A program made the position numbers and the translations under genes. A stretch of DNA of 64,000 nucleotides from positions 32,001 to 96,000 of the forward strand of contig JAWODC010000036.1 of NCBI GenBank assembly GCA_046483495.1, given 5' to 3'. A model generated the notes under the pieces. The model searched no databases and had not been told where the DNA came from. It saw only the letters and a program-made list of their open reading frames with translations. The stretch is from Desulfobacterales bacterium. GTDB taxonomy: Bacteria > Desulfobacterota > Desulfobacteria > Desulfobacterales > UBA5616. Below are positions 21,817-30,952 of this stretch, in pieces (the stretch's first letter is position 1; each line of letters begins with the position of its first letter).

Positions 21817-23070
21817 ATGCACAAAAGCGGAAAATCCCGAAAGCGCCTTAAGACGGCAAAAGACTTGAACCGATTGGTGGCCGATTTCTACGTGGAGTGC
21901 AACACCGCAAAGGCGACCGGCAAGCCCGTCGGATGGATGCCGCCGATGAACGGGGTGATCGAAATCTTTTATGCGATGGACCTGCAGCCGGTATTCCCGG
22001 AAAACTGGTCCCCGGTATGTGCCGCCTTCGGCCTCACTCCCGAACACTTCGACATCAGTGAAAGCCTGGGATATTCGCGTGATTTGTGCGGATACCTTCG
22101 CAATATTGTCGGATATGTCCACAGTGACATGAACAGCGAAACGGTTCCTCTTGGAGGACTTCCCGAGCCGGATATCATCTTAACCCCCGGTGGGGGCTGC
22201 ATCCCCGTGATGAAAATTTTTCATGCCCTGGAACGCCGGTTTCCCGAAGCCCGCGTGTTTACCGGCGATCTGCCCCAGGTGGCCGTAGATGATATCAAGC
22301 CGTATCATCTGGCATTTGCACTCAGCGAAATGAACCGCCTGATCGATTTTCTGACTGAAACCACGGGGCGCAAGCTGGATGAGGACCGACTAAGGGAAAC
22401 CGTGCGGTTATCCGACCGTGCATGCGCCTTGTGGGACGAGATCATGAGCTTCCGACGATTTATTCCCACACCGATTTCCGCTGCCGAAATCGGCATTATG
22501 TTCGTGATGGTGACCCGTCAGGGCACACAAACAGCCGTGGATTACCTGACCCGGGTCCGCGATGAAGTGCGGGAGCGGGCCGAAAACGGCATCGGCATGA
22601 TCGAAGAAGAAAAAATACGGCTGTTCTGGGACAACATTCCCTTGTGGTATCACATGGGAATTTTCAACTATTTCGAAAAAATGGGCGGGGTGGTGGTTGC
22701 CGAGACCTATTCGGCGGCATGGTCCCTGCGGTTGGATCCCGATCATCCCTTTGAAAGCCTGGCCCGAAAATCCCTGATGTCCTATCCGCTGGTTTCCTGT
22801 GTTTCCATCGATCGGCGCAAGGAAATGGTGCTGAACGCCTGCAGACAGTACGCCATTGACGGCGCCATATTGCACCGGAACAAGTCTTGCGTACCCATTT
22901 CCCTGGGCCAAATGGATATCAAGCGGGCCCTTGAGGAAGAATTGGGAATTCCTTCGGTGATTATCGATGCCGATCATATGGACCACCGGAATTTTTCCGC
23001 CGCCCAGTTCGAAACACGGGCCGACGCCTTCATGGAAATGCTCTTGGAAAAGAAAGGATTGAACCTCTGA
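21817..23070 (+). CDS. 2-hydroxyacyl-CoA dehydratase family subunit (HgdA/FldB/BcrB-like)
   Basis: FPENW, GYSRDLCGY, NKSC and DHMD..FS..QFETRADAF motifs; GAGGAG RBS before ATG 21817. Confidence 0.88.
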   Translation: MHKSGKSRKRLKTAKDLNRLVADFYVECNTAKATGKPVGWMPPMNGVIEIFYAMDLQPVFPENWSPVCAAFGLTPEHFDISESLGYSRDLCGYLRNIVGYVHSDMNSETVPLGGLPEPDIILTPGGGCIPVMKIFHALERRFPEARVFTGDLPQVAVDDIKPYHLAFALSEMNRLIDFLTETTGRKLDEDRLRETVRLSDRACALWDEIMSFRRFIPTPISAAEIGIMFVMVTRQGTQTAVDYLTRVRDEVRERAENGIGMIEEEKIRLFWDNIPLWYHMGIFNYFEKMGGVVVAETYSAAWSLRLDPDHPFESLARKSLMSYPLVSCVSIDRRKEMVLNACRQYAIDGAILHRNKSCVPISLGQMDIKRALEEELGIPSVIIDADHMDHRNFSAAQFETRADAFMEMLLEKKGLNL

Positions 23071-23075
23071 ACCCC

Positions 23076-23864
23076 ATGTATGTCGCCGGAATCGATATCG
23101 GCTCCCTCAGCACGGACGTCGTCGTCCTCGATCGAAATGCACATGTCGTATCATACTGCGTAACGCCCACCGGCGCCAACAGCAAGGCTGCCGGAGAAAG
23201 AGCATTTCAATTTGTGCTAAAACGAGCCGCGCTCTCCCCCGAGGCCGTTCAATATATCGTTGCCACGGGTTATGGTCGTGTCAGCGTGCCCTTCGCCCAT
23301 AAAGCCGTGACGGAAATCACCTGCCATGCGCGGGGAGCTCATCACCTGTTTCCCCGAACCGGGACCGTCATCGATATCGGCGGACAGGACAGCAAGGTCA
23401 TTCGATTGACCCGCCGGGGCAAGGTGTCGGATTTTGCCATGAATGACAAATGCGCCGCCGGCACCGGACGCTTTCTGGAGGTCATGGCGAGGGCGATGGA
23501 AATCGAACTGGAAGACATGGGGCGCCTTTCCCTCTGCTCCACCCGTGATGTCCCGGTCAGCAGCATGTGTACGGTTTTTGCTGAATCCGAGGTAATTTCA
23601 CTGGTCGCCCGGGCCGTGCCCAAAGAAGATATCATTAAAGGAATCCACACGGCCATTGTTTCACGCATAAGGGGAATGATGGACCGGATCAAGACGGAAC
23701 CGGAATTGACCATGACAGGGGGTGTGGCCAAAAACATCGGCATCGTAAACACCATCAGCACCCTGTCTGGTAATCCGATCAATGTGCCGGAGGAGCCGCA
23801 AATCGTCGGTGCCTTAGGCGCAGCATTAATCGCCCGGGACGCGCTTGATGCCGAAACCCAATGA
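23076..23864 (+). CDS. CoA-substrate-specific enzyme activase (HgdC/BadF-type ASKHA ATPase)
   Basis: GIDIGS, TGYGR, EITCHARG, DIGGQDSK, MNDKCAAGTGRFLE and CTVFAESE motifs. Confidence 0.95.
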   Translation: MYVAGIDIGSLSTDVVVLDRNAHVVSYCVTPTGANSKAAGERAFQFVLKRAALSPEAVQYIVATGYGRVSVPFAHKAVTEITCHARGAHHLFPRTGTVIDIGGQDSKVIRLTRRGKVSDFAMNDKCAAGTGRFLEVMARAMEIELEDMGRLSLCSTRDVPVSSMCTVFAESEVISLVARAVPKEDIIKGIHTAIVSRIRGMMDRIKTEPELTMTGGVAKNIGIVNTISTLSGNPINVPEEPQIVGALGAALIARDALDAETQ

Positions 23865-23975
23865 GGTCCGCCGGCCGGAGCCGACCGCCGATTCTGCTCC
23901 GGTGCTGTGGACCTGTCACTCGTACTTGTGTATGATGCAAATTCCGTTTTACACTTCAAATCAAGGAGGACCAAG

Positions 23976-25217
23976 ATGACAATGTGGATGTCGCCCTTAC
24001 CCGTACGGGATGCCTACGACCTTCTCACGCGAAAACTGGCGTATCCCGCTTCGGAAACACTAAGAAAAATCCTCGAAAGCGTCATGAGCCCGGAAGAGGC
24101 CCAACTGCTCATCAAGATGCCGGCCACAATCGATTCACTCGCCGAAAAAGTGAAACGCGACCCGAAAATCGTCGGCGAAGAGGTCGAACGGATGTTCTTC
24201 GCCGGCCTTATTATCGAAATGCCGGGATCCGACGGCACGCCCACGTATTCCACCCCGATCCCTTATTGTATCGAGACCGCCAGTGACCATATGATGTGGG
24301 CGATCGGCGGCAATGATGTGACGAAATCGGGCAACATCACCGCACAGGATTTATGGGATCTGCTGGATGAAAAGACCCTTCAACTATGCGGTCTCTGGAA
24401 TAAGTTCTTCTACGAGGAGTGGTACCGGTGGCAGCGCCCCAATGAACTCGTGCACCGCACAATGGCCATGCTCGGCGGTGCGGAGGGGTTAGCCCACACG
24501 TTTGGGATTATGCCCGCTATCCGGTCATTGGAGAAGAGCGAGGCCCTCGGCACGGAGATACTTCACGAATGGGATCTGCGGGAATTCGCAAGAAGGGGCG
24601 AAAAGGGCATTTATACCCGCGTCTGCACGTGCCGAACCCGGGCACGCGGATGTGACTTTCCGCTCTGGGTTTGCGGCGCCGTATTCGACGGCATGCCCGG
24701 GCGGGATGTCAACGCCGAAATTCAGGCGGACCGAAGGCAGCAACTCCACAAGTATTCCGGCGAGGAGTGGCTGGAAGTCATGATCCTCGGGGAAGAGGAC
24801 CACATGATGGTCCACATGGGCGATGCCTGGATGAACGGCTGCAACTGCTGCCGGGATTGCTGCAATTGGCTGAATCCCCTCCGCATGTATACCGAACCAT
24901 GGGAAGGTGTGCACCCCGGGCCTTACCGGGCCGTGGTCAATACCGGGATCTGCGAAAGCTGTACCTCGAACTGCATACCACGATGCGCCTTCAACGTGAT
25001 AAAGGCCGTAAAAGACCCGTCCACGAATAAAGTGACGCCGTACATCGACCCGGACAAATGTGTCGGCTGCGGGCAATGTGTCGTCGGTTGCAAGGTTGAA
25101 GGGGCCATCAAAATGGAGCTGGCCGAGGCGGCCGGTGCCCATGTCCCGCCCATGGGAGGCCGGGCAAAGCTGCCGGACAATCTTCCGGGATTCAAGCCTA
25201 AAATCCCAAGACCATAA
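23976..25217 (+). CDS. Cys-rich Fe-S protein with C-terminal 4Fe-4S dicluster
   Basis: AGGAGG RBS; CTCR, CNCCRDCC, CESCTSNCIPRC and CVGCGQCVVGC motifs. Confidence 0.85.
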   Translation: MTMWMSPLPVRDAYDLLTRKLAYPASETLRKILESVMSPEEAQLLIKMPATIDSLAEKVKRDPKIVGEEVERMFFAGLIIEMPGSDGTPTYSTPIPYCIETASDHMMWAIGGNDVTKSGNITAQDLWDLLDEKTLQLCGLWNKFFYEEWYRWQRPNELVHRTMAMLGGAEGLAHTFGIMPAIRSLEKSEALGTEILHEWDLREFARRGEKGIYTRVCTCRTRARGCDFPLWVCGAVFDGMPGRDVNAEIQADRRQQLHKYSGEEWLEVMILGEEDHMMVHMGDAWMNGCNCCRDCCNWLNPLRMYTEPWEGVHPGPYRAVVNTGICESCTSNCIPRCAFNVIKAVKDPSTNKVTPYIDPDKCVGCGQCVVGCKVEGAIKMELAEAAGAHVPPMGGRAKLPDNLPGFKPKIPRP

Positions 25218-25248
25218 CCGATAACCCAACCATCACTATTTCGACCCT

Positions 25249-26007
25249 ATGAGACTGGAACATAAAACAGCAATTGTAACCGGCGCCGGCCGCGGAATCG
25301 GCCGCGCCGTGGCCATGCGGCTTGCCGAAGAAGGCGCCGGCGTCATCGTGTGCGATATCGAGAAAAGCTTCGCCGAAAGCGTTGTACGGCGGATTGAAGA
25401 AGAAGGCGGCCGGGCCGTTCCAAGCTCTCTGGATGTCACTGACGAAGACCGGGTGGACATGGTGTTCGAGGCGGTCGCCGAAGAATACGGCGAAATTCAC
25501 ATTCTGGTAAACAATGCCGGAACCCGCAAGGACGTCCCGTTCCACAACCTTACCGAAGATCAGTGGGATATGGCAATGTCGGTTCAGACAAAGGGGACTT
25601 TCAACTGCACCCGGGCTGTTCAGAAGTACATGGTGCGGCAGAAGTACGGAAAAATCGTCAACATTTCAGCACCCGTGCCGGCCGGTCCTGAAACAACCGG
25701 GCAGACCGCCTATGCCGCTGCAAGCGCCGCCATTTGGGGATTCACCAAAGCGCTGGCCCTTGAACTGGGCCGTTACAACATTAACGTCAACTGCGTGGCT
25801 CCGGATTTTATCGACACACTGATGACGCGGGAACTTGCCAAGCGGAAGGGGATGTATCTTTCCGACGTAGAGAAATTTACCATTGCCAAGGTTCCCCTGC
25901 GCCGAATGGGCACCCCGGACGATGTCGCCAATGTCGTGGTGTTTTTGGTTTCGGATGAAGCGGGCTTTGTTTCCGGACAGATAGTCGATGTCAAGGGTGG
26001 CCCGTAA
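25249..26007 (+). CDS. Short-chain dehydrogenase/reductase (FabG-like), atypical active site
   Basis: TGAGRGIG and LVNNAG motifs; YAAAS in place of YxxxK. Confidence 0.88.
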   Translation: MRLEHKTAIVTGAGRGIGRAVAMRLAEEGAGVIVCDIEKSFAESVVRRIEEEGGRAVPSSLDVTDEDRVDMVFEAVAEEYGEIHILVNNAGTRKDVPFHNLTEDQWDMAMSVQTKGTFNCTRAVQKYMVRQKYGKIVNISAPVPAGPETTGQTAYAAASAAIWGFTKALALELGRYNINVNCVAPDFIDTLMTRELAKRKGMYLSDVEKFTIAKVPLRRMGTPDDVANVVVFLVSDEAGFVSGQIVDVKGGP

Positions 26008-26018
26008 GGGATGTTAAC

Positions 26019-26702
26019 ATGCATTTTATGCCGGAGGACGAGGGTTACGAAGAGAAGCTGTGGCCGGACGGCTACAAAGCCGTTATTCGAAACCGGCTTC
26101 GGGAAGGCATCGCTGAACATCTGAAAGCCGATTCCACCCTTGAACATGTCTACAGGCTGCAGTATGCAGATCGGTTCTTAGAGGTGGGTCGATTTGTGGA
26201 AAAAATTATCGATATGCTGGTGGTCGGTGCCGAAAAAGGAGGCGATCAGGCTTTCGACGATATCGTTAATGCTTTTCTGTATGAACTTCCCCTGCCGGAA
26301 CCGCGGGAGTATACCCGCTATCTGCTGCTTTCGAAAATTCCGGAACCGGCTGGACGGCAGTTGAAGCAAATCGTGATGGATGAATACCGTGAAGACGAGG
26401 TGTTCATTCACGCCTACAGAGTCGGCTATTGGGATCTCTACACAGATTTCGAACACTTCCTTGATGCTGCAGCCGAATTGGCCGAGGTCGGAGTGTTAAA
26501 CGGCATTGACGATATGTTGTCCGCCGTATATCAGGCATTTGCCGCCCGCGGTCCGCTGCCGCCGGCCCGCCGGAACCCGAAACGGGTCAAGAACTGGTTT
26601 GTGCCCAAGGGAAGCAAAGTGCGGGATGTCCCCTTATCCCGTCGTGCAAAACAGAAGAAAAGAAGGGAGAGCAATAATGCAAAAAATAGCCGTTTGCGGT
26701 AA
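26019..26702 (+). CDS. Hypothetical protein with internal ~75-aa duplication
   Basis: Fills the gap in the operon, AAGGGA RBS, two homologous halves; overlaps the start of the next gene. Confidence 0.75.
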   Translation: MHFMPEDEGYEEKLWPDGYKAVIRNRLREGIAEHLKADSTLEHVYRLQYADRFLEVGRFVEKIIDMLVVGAEKGGDQAFDDIVNAFLYELPLPEPREYTRYLLLSKIPEPAGRQLKQIVMDEYREDEVFIHAYRVGYWDLYTDFEHFLDAAAELAEVGVLNGIDDMLSAVYQAFAARGPLPPARRNPKRVKNWFVPKGSKVRDVPLSRRAKQKKRRESNNAKNSRLR

Positions 26703-27462
26703 GGGCGGATGCGGCAAAAGCGTGGTAACCCGACTGCTCGCCGATGGACTTTACACCCGGGGGCACCGTGTTCTTGTGGTGGATGCCGATGAATCGAATA
26801 CGGGACTTCCGCGAATGCTCGGTTTCGAGCACGCGCCCAAACCACTCCTCGATTTTTTTGGAGGAAAAGAAAAAGTAGAGTCGGAATTGTCTGCATTGAT
26901 ATCGGCAGGCGCTTCCGAGGAGTCGATACAACTTTTAAAAAGCGGCATTTCCACTTCCCAAATACCGCCGGAATTCATCGTGGAAAAAAACGGCATCCGT
27001 TTGGTGGAAGTGGGAAAAATTCTCATGTCGCTGGAAGGCTGCGGCTGCCCCATGGGAATCGTCAGCCGATCCTTTCTGAACATGCTTCAGCTCGAACCGG
27101 ACGAAACGGCCCTGGTGGATCTGGAGGCCGGTGTGGAACACTTCGGTCGGGGTGTGGAGACCGGCGTCGACTGCGTTATCGTGGTGGTCGACCCCTCGAT
27201 CGATTCGGTGCAGCTGGCCGAACGCATCAGCGAAATGTCCGAACAGATACACATTGCCGATGTGTGGGTGGTGCTGAACAAAATTGCATCCTCACATGTC
27301 GCGGACCGCCTGAACCGCCGCCTTTCCGAAAGCGGCATCAAGGTCATCGGCACCATTCCCATGAATGACGAAATTTTCGAGTCCTGCCTGGACGGACGGC
27401 CGATTCAGGGGAGAGTTGCCGGAAAGGAAGTGGATCGGATTCTCGATTACCTGTTTCCATGA
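26677..27462 (+). CDS. CooC-like MinD-family ATPase (Ni insertion)
   Basis: KIAVCGKGGCGKS, EGCGC and DLEAGVEHFGRG motifs; start at ATG 26677 after GGGAG. Confidence 0.88.
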   Translation: MQKIAVCGKGGCGKSVVTRLLADGLYTRGHRVLVVDADESNTGLPRMLGFEHAPKPLLDFFGGKEKVESELSALISAGASEESIQLLKSGISTSQIPPEFIVEKNGIRLVEVGKILMSLEGCGCPMGIVSRSFLNMLQLEPDETALVDLEAGVEHFGRGVETGVDCVIVVVDPSIDSVQLAERISEMSEQIHIADVWVVLNKIASSHVADRLNRRLSESGIKVIGTIPMNDEIFESCLDGRPIQGRVAGKEVDRILDYLFP

Positions 27463-27468
27463 CAAAAA

Positions 27469-29010
27469 CTACCTGCCGACACTCGGGAACAAAGACGTAT
27501 CGGTGTGAGGCAGAAATTTTGCGGCTGAGAACCTGTTCATAAACGCCTGGTTGACGTTCAGCTCCAGATAGGTGATGCGGTTTCGTATTTCGTCGATCTC
27601 ATCCATACATGCGCAATGGGCAAGCAGCATCGCGGCGCCGTTGAGGGAGCTGTTGCCGAGGGGCTGGAAACACCGCAGCGGAATATCCGGCAGCATTCCG
27701 ATGGATACGGCCGATTGTGGATTGATAAATGATCCGAAAGTGCCGGCCACATAAAACTTGCGAATATCGTTGAGCTCAATTCCTACGGATTGCGTGATCG
27801 TCTCGAGAATGGTGTACATGGCGGCCTTGGAGCGAACCAGGCTGTCGATATCCGCCTGGCTGATGGTCAGATCCTTTCCGGTTGCCGAATGTTTTGCGAA
27901 AACCACCTTCAGGTGCATCAAACCATCCTTTTCAAAGCAGCGCTCGCCGCAAACGGACGGTACAATCCGCCCTCTGAAATCGATCATCCCGGTCAGAAAA
28001 AGCTGGGCCGCCAGGTCGATGACACCGGAACCGCAAATACCCACCGGCGGTGTTTCACCGATGGTATGGAGTTTGAAATCATGCGTCTTGGGATCTATTT
28101 CAACACGGTCGATGACCCCCCGGGCGGCCATCATCCCCATTCGGGTCACACCGCCTTCAAGCGCCGGACCGGCCGCACCGGCGCAAGCGATAAGCCAGTC
28201 TCGGTTTCCGACCACCACCTCCGCATTTGTTCCCACATCCACCAGAATACCGGTTTCTTCTTCACCATGCAGGCCGGCATACAAAATTCCCGCAATGAGG
28301 TCTCCGCCGAAGTAGCTCCCCACGTTGGGGAAAATAAAGGCGCGCGCCGCAGGATGGAGATCCAGGCCTAAATCGGAAGCAGCCGTAACACCCGGACGGT
28401 TGACCGCCGGGATATAGGGTTCCCGTATCATCCATCGAGCATCCAGCCCCATGAACAGGTGAGTCATGGCGGTATTGCCGGCGACCGCCACAAGGTAAAT
28501 GTCTTGAGATGAAACTCCCTGCCCTCGACACAAGGCACCGATCTGCTCATTCAGGCCGGAAATGATCAGGTGTGTAAGGTGATTCAACCCCTTCGTGTTT
28601 TGAGCAAAATGAATTCTCGCCAGAATGTCGGGGGCGACGGCGATCTGGGGGTTGTCGAAAGCGGCCTCACCGCACGGTTCGCCGCTTGCAAGATCGATCA
28701 GCCGCAAAACGACACGACTGGTCCCTAAGTCCACTGCGATGCCTAAAAGATGGCCGTTAAAATCGTAGGGAGCCAGATCGATGAGTTGCCAGACACTGTC
28801 GTTTTTAAACAGAATGCATGTCGCCTTGTAGTCGTATTCTCGAATCAGAACGGGTATCCGCCTGATGAGGGCAATATCCGAATATACCTCTGTGGATCGT
28901 AACGCCGACTTCAAGGCGCCGATCAACCGGTCCGTGTCCGCTGTATTATCCTGCAGGGTCGGCGGGCTGAGTTGTACCCGTAAAATCCACCTGTTGGTCT
29001 CCGCCGTCAT
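27469..29010 (-). CDS. ASKHA reductive activator of corrinoid proteins (RACo/DUF4445), lacking ferredoxin domain
   Basis: AVDLGTS, AGNTAMTHLF, VDVGTNAE, AAGPALEG, GICGSG, AGTFG and GNSSL motifs. Confidence 0.9.
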   Translation of the reverse strand: MTAETNRWILRVQLSPPTLQDNTADTDRLIGALKSALRSTEVYSDIALIRRIPVLIREYDYKATCILFKNDSVWQLIDLAPYDFNGHLLGIAVDLGTSRVVLRLIDLASGEPCGEAAFDNPQIAVAPDILARIHFAQNTKGLNHLTHLIISGLNEQIGALCRGQGVSSQDIYLVAVAGNTAMTHLFMGLDARWMIREPYIPAVNRPGVTAASDLGLDLHPAARAFIFPNVGSYFGGDLIAGILYAGLHGEEETGILVDVGTNAEVVVGNRDWLIACAGAAGPALEGGVTRMGMMAARGVIDRVEIDPKTHDFKLHTIGETPPVGICGSGVIDLAAQLFLTGMIDFRGRIVPSVCGERCFEKDGLMHLKVVFAKHSATGKDLTISQADIDSLVRSKAAMYTILETITQSVGIELNDIRKFYVAGTFGSFINPQSAVSIGMLPDIPLRCFQPLGNSSLNGAAMLLAHCACMDEIDEIRNRITYLELNVNQAFMNRFSAAKFLPHTDTSLFPSVGR

Positions 29011-29032
29011 TACCTACCATCCATTCCAACGT

Positions 29033-29872
29033 TTAAAGCTCGAAAATCATATCGGCGGCTGTTGAGAAGCATTCGAGGGTTTTGTTTCGCTTCGAAATTA
29101 TCCGGTTGCATTCACAAACAATTTCATCCACTTCAATATCCGATCGGTCCTGACTGATATGAAATAAGCCCAATCTGCCGACATTCGAATCGATCGCCAG
29201 ATCGACGGCCTGCCGGTAGGATGAATGGCCCCACTCGATAAATGATGTGTATTCTTCAGGGGTATATTCAGCGTCATGCATCAGAAGGTCCGCATCTTCT
29301 GAAAAGGCCAGATAGTCCTCATAATGAAGCCCGTTCGGATGGACAAACCCCAGTTCATTATCCGTCAGAAATACAAACACAGCGCCGTCCTCGATAAATT
29401 TGTAGCCGTTGCCGCCATTGGGATGGCTCAACGGAATCGGTTCTATGGTGATGGACCCGATATTGAAAGCATCCGGACATCCTTTTTCATACACAATGGA
29501 TGCGCTGATATCACCATATTTTACCGGAAAATTGGGAGGGGAAAGAACCTTTGAAATCATCTTTTCAACGTACTGCCCCTGAAACGGGCAGCGGTAAACC
29601 TTTATTTCAGTTTTTTTCAAGTAAATGGGTTTAAAAAAGGGGAATCCCATGAGGTGATCCCAATGGGCGTGGGTAAAAATGAGATGAAAATTATACCGCT
29701 CTTCTTCCATGAGATGGTTGCCAAGCCTTCGTATCCCGGTGCCCGCGTCGACGATGATAATGTCATCGTTTTTGGTCCGAATTTCCAGACAGGTCGTATC
29801 GCCGCCGTAATTAATGTATTCTTTTCCGGATACGGGTATGGAGCCCCTTGATCCCCAACATTTTATATACAT
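29033..29872 (-). CDS. MBL-fold metallo-hydrolase
   Basis: WGSRGSIP, DAGTG, THAHWDH and WGHSS motifs. Confidence 0.9.
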   Translation of the reverse strand: MYIKCWGSRGSIPVSGKEYINYGGDTTCLEIRTKNDDIIIVDAGTGIRRLGNHLMEEERYNFHLIFTHAHWDHLMGFPFFKPIYLKKTEIKVYRCPFQGQYVEKMISKVLSPPNFPVKYGDISASIVYEKGCPDAFNIGSITIEPIPLSHPNGGNGYKFIEDGAVFVFLTDNELGFVHPNGLHYEDYLAFSEDADLLMHDAEYTPEEYTSFIEWGHSSYRQAVDLAIDSNVGRLGLFHISQDRSDIEVDEIVCECNRIISKRNKTLECFSTAADMIFEL

Positions 29873-29964
29873 GTAAGGCCCTTTCGGAAGGGAAGACTTT
29901 TCGCCGCACCGCCGAAGCGACGAGGAAGAAAACTTACAGTGCGAATGGATGAAAGAACTCTAAT

Positions 29965-30106
29965 GTGTCCATCCGGAAATGAGAAAATTCGCTTCAGTTC
30001 AAGGCGGCCGGCCAATTTTAACCGCAGGAACAGCTGAGTATTTTGAGGATTGAAATTTTCCGGCTAACGAAGAAATGAAGAGAATCAGCCATTTCTGAAT
30101 GGACTC
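29965..30106 (+). repeat. ~142-bp palindromic dispersed repeat, subfamily A
   Basis: Termini gtgtccatccggaaatg / catttctgaatggactc; homologous to the 15011 and 49859 copies; last base lies in the stop codon of the prmA-like gene. Confidence 0.9.
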
Positions 30107-30951
30107 TAGTGTGTTTCCCCTAAGAATGTAAACCAAACCCCGTTTTGATCCCATATTTTCGCAATGTCAGCCCTGTTTTCGATCAATCGGTGCCTGATTG
30201 CATTTGCTTCGCTTTTAAGCAATCCGGAAAGCAAAAAGCGTTTTTTTTTATAAAACCCGTCGGTCTCTACCATTTTTCTCATCATATCATAATGGATGTT
30301 GGCTATCATAAAATCCACCGGATAGTCCACAAAATTTTGGGCAGAACCCTGGATCGGGAGCATTTTTTCGGACATTCCATTTAGATGTATATTTTTTTGG
30401 GCTGTTTTTACCGAAAGCGGATTGATGTCGACCGCAAGCGTAAGCGCTGCTCCCAAGCGGGCTGCGGCCAATGCCAATATGCCTGTTCCGGTACCGATAT
30501 CCAATACGGTTTCCGGCACTCGAGATGAAAATGCCATGTGAATAGCATCGAGGCAATCTCGGGTAGTCGGGTGAAGACCGTTACCAAATACGACTCCGGG
30601 ATCGATTAGAATTGAATGCAAATGATCGCCGCCTGCCTTTTCACATCTGCTCCAGGGCGGCGATATCATAAAATCGGACACCTGCATCGGTGCAATTTCT
30701 CCGCCATGCCACTCTTCATATGACAATTGGAACGTGTCCAGCAATTTCAGCTGCCGGTTGCGCTTCAGCAGCCCGCCCACCTCGTCTTCGGCGGGTTTGG
30801 CAAAGAACAAAAACGAATAGCCGTCTTCTTCCCAGTTGCCGATGAATGCTTTCGAACGAAAGCGGTACCCGGGATGGAGGCATCCTTCGAGGTAATAGAT
30901 ATGAAGATCTTCGTACGGTGGGTTTGACATAGACGCCGTAGTCATGAGCAC
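30106..30951 (-). CDS. prmA: PrmA-like (ribosomal protein L11) SAM-dependent methyltransferase; start uncertain
   Basis: IDPGVVFGNGLHPTT, VLDIGTGTGILA, ANI and LSGL motifs. Confidence 0.75.
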   Translation of the reverse strand: MLMTTASMSNPPYEDLHIYYLEGCLHPGYRFRSKAFIGNWEEDGYSFLFFAKPAEDEVGGLLKRNRQLKLLDTFQLSYEEWHGGEIAPMQVSDFMISPPWSRCEKAGGDHLHSILIDPGVVFGNGLHPTTRDCLDAIHMAFSSRVPETVLDIGTGTGILALAAARLGAALTLAVDINPLSVKTAQKNIHLNGMSEKMLPIQGSAQNFVDYPVDFMIANIHYDMMRKMVETDGFYKKKRFLLSGLLKSEANAIRHRLIENRADIAKIWDQNGVWFTFLGETH

Positions 30952-30952
30952 T

